A stretch of 64,000 nucleotides of DNA, from positions 128,001-192,000 of the forward strand of contig CAVOYH010000005.1 of NCBI GenBank assembly GCA_963700635.1. The letters run 5' to 3'. Below the pieces are notes generated by a model. That model was not told where the DNA came from. It searched no databases and saw only the letters and a list, made by a program, of their open reading frames with translations. Positions 58,420 through 64,000 of this stretch are shown piece after piece. This DNA comes from an uncultured Bacteroidota bacterium. GTDB lineage: Bacteria > Bacteroidota > Ignavibacteria > UBA10030 > UBA6906. The position numbers and the translations under genes are program-made. Each line of letters opens with the position of its first letter. The first letter of the stretch is position 1.

Positions 58420-59766
58420 CTAGTGTTTTTTCCCCTGGGGGATTGCGTGCCAGATCATCCGCGTCAACCCGATCCCCATCACGGCAAACGGAATAAGGAA
58501 CACCGGCCAGTACTGCCAGTTCCATGACGTGATGAAGCCGAGGGAGAGAGACTGTACGCCGGTTCCCAGATACACCAGCCCGTCAATAAGTCCCACGGCC
58601 GTCGCCGCACCCTTCTTTCCGCCAAAATCCATCGTGGCCGTGCCGCTCAGCATTCCATGTGTGCCGATGACAGCCACCGAAACGACGCTGACCAACAGAC
58701 CGAGCAGTGTCGGGTTGCCGTAGAGAGAGAAGGTCATTGCAATGACGGCAAGCAGGAGTGCCGAGTACAGGATGCCGGCCACGGGTGCGCGGCGTGAGCC
58801 GAAGATGTGATCTGACATCCATCCAGCGAGCATCCCCCCCCCGGCACCCGCAATCATCAGCATGAGGCCCCAGTTATTCAGCCAGAACTCCCAGCCGCCC
58901 GCCGAAGCCGGGTCGGAAACGATCTGTTCTTTAGCGAAAATCGGAAACCAGTGCATCACGCCGTTACGGAGCACGCCGGTGCAGAATTCTATCAACCCGA
59001 CGATGATGATAACCCGGTTGGTGAAAATCCGCAGCAGAAGGGCTTTGAGATCAAACGGGGTATCGGCTTCGCCGGAAGAGGCGTCCCCGGTGTCAAAATC
59101 CGTGAAACCCGCCTGGCCGGGTGTGTCGCGGAGGGCAGCGATGTCGATCAACACCCAGAACAACAGGATCCCGGCGGGGATAAAGAACACCAGCCAGTAC
59201 TGGGGGCTGGCCGGACTCATTTGTTCCGTCAGGTTCACGATCGCCTGGCTCCAGTCGAACGCGAAGTACAACCCGAGGGAAATAAGGATGCCGAATATTC
59301 CTCCGAAGATTCCCCGTTCCCGCACGTGGAACCAGGAGGCGTTCACCTTCACGATTGCCACGGCCCCAAAACTCTGGAAGTACATGTTCATCGCATAGAT
59401 CACCGAGAACGCAACGGTAAGATTAACCGTCCATCGTTCGACGAGGATCCCGTACAAAACGATGCCGAGGAGGACATTCATAATCGCGGAGCCGCTTGCG
59501 CCGATCAGCATCGCGCGTTTTCCGCCGATCTTGTCGGTGAGCGGGCCGTTGATCAGAAAGGAAAAAGCGTAGGTGATGGTGCCTGCGGCGAAGATGATGC
59601 CAAACGCCTCCTTGGACATAAGATCCCCCAGCGCGTTCTTGGATACGGTGAGGTTGTACCGTGCCATATAGAGGAACGCGTAGGTAAGGCCGAGCGGAAG
59701 CCAGTTAAATGCCCGCCGGCGCCGGAATGCGGCTGAATGGAGAGGACGATCGGATGTGAGAGCCAT
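58420..59766 (-). CDS. MFS transporter, OPA family (GlpT/UhpC-like)
   Basis: YAFLYMARYN, GPLTDKIG, WFHVRERG, RDTP...G, GWMSD..FGSRR; about 12 TM helices. Confidence 0.85.
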   Translation of the reverse strand: MALTSDRPLHSAAFRRRRAFNWLPLGLTYAFLYMARYNLTVSKNALGDLMSKEAFGIIFAAGTITYAFSFLINGPLTDKIGGKRAMLIGASGSAIMNVLLGIVLYGILVERWTVNLTVAFSVIYAMNMYFQSFGAVAIVKVNASWFHVRERGIFGGIFGILISLGLYFAFDWSQAIVNLTEQMSPASPQYWLVFFIPAGILLFWVLIDIAALRDTPGQAGFTDFDTGDASSGEADTPFDLKALLLRIFTNRVIIIVGLIEFCTGVLRNGVMHWFPIFAKEQIVSDPASAGGWEFWLNNWGLMLMIAGAGGGMLAGWMSDHIFGSRRAPVAGILYSALLLAVIAMTFSLYGNPTLLGLLVSVVSVAVIGTHGMLSGTATMDFGGKKGAATAVGLIDGLVYLGTGVQSLSLGFITSWNWQYWPVFLIPFAVMGIGLTRMIWHAIPQGKKH

Positions 59767-59930
59767 ACGCTGTCAGTCTGGTGAGGGATGCGTGAACGAT
59801 GTGATGCGCAATATAACTATTCGCTATCACAAATACCGCAGGAGACCTTCCCATCGTCTCCTTGACCAAGTCCTGTGTGTTTCGTATGTTTCAGAGCTTT
59901 CCGAAGCCCATTCACCTTCGAGGAGACGTC

Positions 59931-61193
59931 ATGCAACCAATCCTTGATCATGCGAATCTGTACAGGCTGCCCTGGACACTGCCTGACAATGCGATCAGCT
60001 GGCTGGAGCCGACAAGCTCGTGTAATCTTTACTGCGAAGGTTGTTACAGGAAAAACGATCCCCAGGGGCACAAATCCCTTGCCGAGATCCGCAAGGAGCT
60101 CGAAACATTTAATCGCCTGCGGAAAACAGACGGCGTGTCCATTGCGGGCGGGGATCCACTGACCCACCCGGATATTGAGAAGATTGTCGCGATGATCGCG
60201 GAGATGGGTCAGAAACCGATCATTAATACAAATGGACTGGCGCTCACACCGGCAAAACTGAAGGCCCTGAAGGCCGCAGGGGTAACCGGCTTCACGTTTC
60301 ACATCGACAGCGGGCAGAACCGTCCGCATATGAAGGGAAAGTCAGAACGGGAACTCAACGAACTCCGCCTCCACTATGCCCGTTTGTTGGCGGATGTTGG
60401 AGATATCTCCTGCGCGTTTAACGCCACGGTGTATGAACACACGTTAAAAGATGTTCCGGAGATTGTTGCATGGGGGCAGAAGCACATCGATATCGTGCAC
60501 ATTCTCGTGTTTATCGCCTACAGGGCCGCGCCCATTTACAAGGGGTATGACTACTTTGTCGGAGGGCAGAAGGTTGACATGACGCCGATCGCATACGCCG
60601 TTCAGGAAGACGTCAAAACGAGCATCATGTCCACGGACATCGTTGCGGAGATCCGGAAGGAGTATCCGGACTTCACGCCGTCGGCGTATCTGAACGGAAC
60701 GGAGCGACCCGATCATTTTAAGTGGCTTCTGACCATGCGGATTGGCACAAAGGAGAGGATCTTCGGCTACACCGGACCAAAATTTATGGAATTGGGGCAG
60801 AGCTTGCACCACTTGCTGCGCGGGACGTATCTTGCATATACGAAAATCAAGGTGCTCAGGCGCGCCCGCTCGATGCTCCTCCTGTCGCCTCTGGATGCGG
60901 GACTGTCCCGCACCATGTCGGCATATCTGCGTGCCGCATTCAGATCACCTTCGCTTTTCTTCAAGCGGCTGCACATGCAATCGGTCATGATCATTCAACC
61001 GGCTGATTTTATGCCCAACGGAACGTTGAGCATGTGTGATGGCTGTCCGGATATCACGGTCTACGACGGAAAACTGGTCTGGTCCTGCCGGATGGAAGAA
61101 CTCATCAACTTTGGAGATTGGATACGCCCTGTTCCTTCCGGCGATGGCGGGCAGGATCAGGATGTGCAGACGGACCAGGCAATGCCGCGCTAA
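59931..61193 (+). CDS. radical SAM protein of unknown function
   Basis: CNLYCEGC, GGDPL.HP, NTNG; C-terminal CDGCPD...SC. AGGAG RBS before ATG 59931. Confidence 0.85.
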   Translation: MQPILDHANLYRLPWTLPDNAISWLEPTSSCNLYCEGCYRKNDPQGHKSLAEIRKELETFNRLRKTDGVSIAGGDPLTHPDIEKIVAMIAEMGQKPIINTNGLALTPAKLKALKAAGVTGFTFHIDSGQNRPHMKGKSERELNELRLHYARLLADVGDISCAFNATVYEHTLKDVPEIVAWGQKHIDIVHILVFIAYRAAPIYKGYDYFVGGQKVDMTPIAYAVQEDVKTSIMSTDIVAEIRKEYPDFTPSAYLNGTERPDHFKWLLTMRIGTKERIFGYTGPKFMELGQSLHHLLRGTYLAYTKIKVLRRARSMLLLSPLDAGLSRTMSAYLRAAFRSPSLFFKRLHMQSVMIIQPADFMPNGTLSMCDGCPDITVYDGKLVWSCRMEELINFGDWIRPVPSGDGGQDQDVQTDQAMPR

Positions 61194-61230
61194 GCGGAAG
61201 CATCACCCCGATATCTACACCGGAGGTTAC

Positions 61231-62235
61231 ATGGTGACAATCTATCAGTTCCTGAGTGGCGAAATCCGAAAACTTACGATCAAAGAGTTACGGCAGGCCA
61301 TGCAGGACAAAGACGGCATCCTCTGGGTGGATATGGAAGACCCGATGGAGGCGGAGGAGGAGACCCTTCTGGTGTCGATGTGCGATTTTCACCCGCTCGC
61401 CATTGAAGACTGCCAGCGGGGGAGTGATGAAGACGAAGGGCATCTCCCCAAGGTCGAGGATTACGGGGATTACATCTTTGTCATCTTTAACCCGGTGGAG
61501 GGAGTACAGGCCGACGACGGCACAGAGGCGATGTCCCGGCTGGAGATCCGCACCTCCCAGCTGAGCGCATTCCTTACAAACCGGATGGTCCTGACCCACC
61601 ACTACAAACCGCTCCGGTCCATCAACCATGCCGCGCAGCTGTGCGCAAAAAATCCTCAGATCCTCGGCCGCGGACCCGATTTTCTTTTTCATATGATCAT
61701 CGATGATATCGTCGATAATTACACGCCCATTATGGACAACCTCGATGATGCGGTGGATCAGATGGAGGAAGAAGTTTTCCACGAACCGACCCAGACGACG
61801 ATGATGCGGATTCTGCAGCTCAAGCGGAACATCATGACCATCCGACGGGTTGCGGTGTACCAGCGCGAAATGCTCAACCGCCTCTCACGCGGCGAATTCG
61901 CATTGATCACCACGGACGAAATGTTCTACTATCGTAACGTGTATGACCACCTGGTCCGGATGACCGACCTGACGGATTCCTATCGGGATATGGTTTCGTC
62001 GCTCCTTGATGCGTATCTTTCCGTCACATCCAACCGGCTGAACCAGGTGATGAAAGTCCTGACCATCATCTCCACGATCTTTCTCCCCTTGAGCGTGATC
62101 ACGGGATTCTTCGGGATGAATTTTGCGTATCTCCCCATCGCCTCCTGGGAGCATGGTGTGCTCGTTACCTCCATTGGCATGCTTGTGGTGGCCGGCGGTA
62201 TGCTGATCTTCTTCCGGAAGAACAAGTGGATCTGA
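61231..62235 (+). CDS. corA: magnesium/cobalt transporter CorA
   Basis: WVD, FHPLAIED, PKVE, YRNVYDH, NQVMKVLT, GFFGMNF. Confidence 0.93.
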   Translation: MVTIYQFLSGEIRKLTIKELRQAMQDKDGILWVDMEDPMEAEEETLLVSMCDFHPLAIEDCQRGSDEDEGHLPKVEDYGDYIFVIFNPVEGVQADDGTEAMSRLEIRTSQLSAFLTNRMVLTHHYKPLRSINHAAQLCAKNPQILGRGPDFLFHMIIDDIVDNYTPIMDNLDDAVDQMEEEVFHEPTQTTMMRILQLKRNIMTIRRVAVYQREMLNRLSRGEFALITTDEMFYYRNVYDHLVRMTDLTDSYRDMVSSLLDAYLSVTSNRLNQVMKVLTIISTIFLPLSVITGFFGMNFAYLPIASWEHGVLVTSIGMLVVAGGMLIFFRKNKWI

Positions 62236-63281
62236 CCACCCGACATTCCCTTCGTTCCGCCAGCATCGGGCGCATTCTGATCGTCAAGCTGCGGGCGGTG
62301 GGTGACGTTGTGCTTTCGACCATCGTGCTTCAGAATCTCCGTCAGGCATTCCCGGAGGCGCAGCTCGATGTGCTCACGGAAAGTGCCAGCGCCGATATCG
62401 TACGGGCCCATCCGGCGGTTTCCTCGACCCTCGTGTATGACCGGAGCACGATGTCAGGCCTGGATCTTATCCGCCTGGTCCGGAAACGCCGTTATGATGT
62501 CGTGTTCGATCTGTTCGGCAACCCGCGGACGGCGCTGCTGACCCGGCTCAGCGGTGCCCGCGACAGGGTCGGCTATCGTTTCCGCGGACGGTCATACGCC
62601 TATACGGTTGTCGTCAACCCGCGGGGAGGGACGGTACACAACACACAATTTAACCTCGACGCGCTTGAGGCAGTCGGGATTCCGGTCACGGACCGGTCCA
62701 TCCGCCTGCATCCGTCCAAAGCTGACCGGCAGGTGGTTGATCAGTTCCTGCAGGCATCCGGCCTGCAGGGGAAGACCCTCGTGGGTGTTAACATCGGGGG
62801 GGGATGGTACACAAAACGCTGGTCGGTTGAGAATTTTGCTGCATTGGCTGATCGGATTGCCAGGCAGTATGGCTGGTCTATCGTGCTTCCCTGGGGTCCG
62901 GGTCAGCTGGGCGACGTTCAGGAGCTCCGTCGCGTCATGCACGAACCGGCTCTTGTGCCGCCGGCGACCACGTTGCTGCAGCTTGCGGCGCTCTTCGAGC
63001 GGTGTATGTATGTCGTCAGCAATGATTCCGGGCCGATGCACATTGCCGCAGCGTCCGGTTCACGAGTCCTCGGGATTTACGGACCAACGCGCCCCGAATT
63101 GCAGGGACCATACGGCGCCGGCAACCGGACGATCCGCCGTGAGGGACTGGATTGCCTGGGGTGTAACCTTACACAGTGTACGATTGGAAACATCTGTATG
63201 ACGGAACTCACTGTCGACATGGTGTTTGATGCCTTCCGCCAGCTTGTTCATGTATCACCACAAACGGTTACCGCAGGATGA
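62226..63281 (+). CDS. glycosyltransferase family 9 (LPS heptosyltransferase-like)
   Basis: ILIVKLRAVGDV, KRW, SNDSGPMHIAAA, IYGPT. Confidence 0.9.
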   Translation: MDLTTRHSLRSASIGRILIVKLRAVGDVVLSTIVLQNLRQAFPEAQLDVLTESASADIVRAHPAVSSTLVYDRSTMSGLDLIRLVRKRRYDVVFDLFGNPRTALLTRLSGARDRVGYRFRGRSYAYTVVVNPRGGTVHNTQFNLDALEAVGIPVTDRSIRLHPSKADRQVVDQFLQASGLQGKTLVGVNIGGGWYTKRWSVENFAALADRIARQYGWSIVLPWGPGQLGDVQELRRVMHEPALVPPATTLLQLAALFERCMYVVSNDSGPMHIAAASGSRVLGIYGPTRPELQGPYGAGNRTIRREGLDCLGCNLTQCTIGNICMTELTVDMVFDAFRQLVHVSPQTVTAG

Positions 63282-64000
63282 CGCCTTTGCCCGCTATACC
63301 TGAATGTAAGCACTTCAACGGCTACAAGCCCTGTTTTCCCGGGATCAACTGTCTGGACAAGTGTGCGGAGCACGAACCGATCGGCACAAAGGTGTTGATT
63401 GTGAACCTCGATGCCATGGGAAACGTGCTTGTCACCACGAGCATCCTGCCTGCGCTCAAACGTAAGTTCCCGCAAAGCTCCATCTTCTGGATTACCATGA
63501 AGAATGCGGCACCGCTGCTCCAGCATAACCCATACCTTGACCGGGTGTATCTGTGGGAGCCCGAGCAGTGGCTCATCCTGCAGCAGATGACATTTGACGT
63601 GGTGCTTAATGTTGATAAATCCCGGCGGTCATGCGCCTTCACAATGAGTCTGCGCGCCAATCAAAAAATGGGATTCGGGTTGAATGACAACGGCGTCATC
63701 ATCCCCCTCAATCCGGAGGCCGAAGAAAATTACCGGCTCGGACTGGACGATCATCGTAAGTTCAAGGTGAATCAGAAGACTGTGCCGCAGTTGCAGTGCG
63801 AACAATTTGTGTTGAACTACCGGAGGGATCCCTACACGCTCATCCTGTCCGATGAGGAACAACACTATTGCAGGGAATACCGGCAGGAACATGGCCTGGA
63901 CACCGGCGACCTTGTTGTCGGTTTTAATACCGGGTGCTCCGAACTGTTCCCGAACAAGAAGATGACGGTGGAGCAGCACGTCGCGCTTATCGAGTCGCTC
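63278..64000 (+). CDS. glycosyltransferase family 9, truncated by the window end
   Basis: Translated by hand from ATG 63278: Cys-rich N-terminus (ECKHFNGYKPC), KVLIVNLDAMGNVL.TT.ILPALKRKFP, VGFNTG. Open to the end of the window. Confidence 0.8.
   Translation, partial: MTPLPAIPECKHFNGYKPCFPGINCLDKCAEHEPIGTKVLIVNLDAMGNVLVTTSILPALKRKFPQSSIFWITMKNAAPLLQHNPYLDRVYLWEPEQWLILQQMTFDVVLNVDKSRRSCAFTMSLRANQKMGFGLNDNGVIIPLNPEAEENYRLGLDDHRKFKVNQKTVPQLQCEQFVLNYRRDPYTLILSDEEQHYCREYRQEHGLDTGDLVVGFNTGCSELFPNKKMTVEQHVALIESL

Overview
Bacterial chromosomal window, probably from an Ignavibacteria/Chlorobi/Bacteroidota-related organism (two proteins end in T9SS-type 'YPNPFN/FPNPTN' sorting domains; this placement is inference). 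1-19.3 kb is housekeeping: der, upp, relA/spoT, ruvX, mtgA, cmk-ispH-rpsA, mtaB, truA, comM. An accessory stretch (about 19.3-35 kb) follows comM. It holds an IS3 element, an ECF sigma/anti-sigma/periplasmic-sensor module with four copies of a shared ECF-type promoter, a Tat-exported AprA/FrdA-like flavoprotein with ferredoxin and cytochrome b partners, a secreted CotH kinase, and a divergent four-gene cassette (ARPP-1/DUF6569 + DUF932-like versus WYL regulator + DUF2779 nuclease) that looks like an uncharacterised conflict or repair system. 35-64 kb carries many peptidases, an xdhA-xdhB-pduS-pduT operon (xanthine dehydrogenase coupled to microcompartment redox and shell genes), an SPFH-RHH operon with a 40-bp palindromic operator, mscS, a 5'-nucleotidase, an OPA-family MFS transporter, a radical SAM enzyme, corA and two GT9 glycosyltransferases. 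Six single-base insertions split five genes and are most likely sequencing or assembly errors. No tRNA, rRNA or CRISPR array was seen. All family calls come from motif recognition by eye, not database searches.
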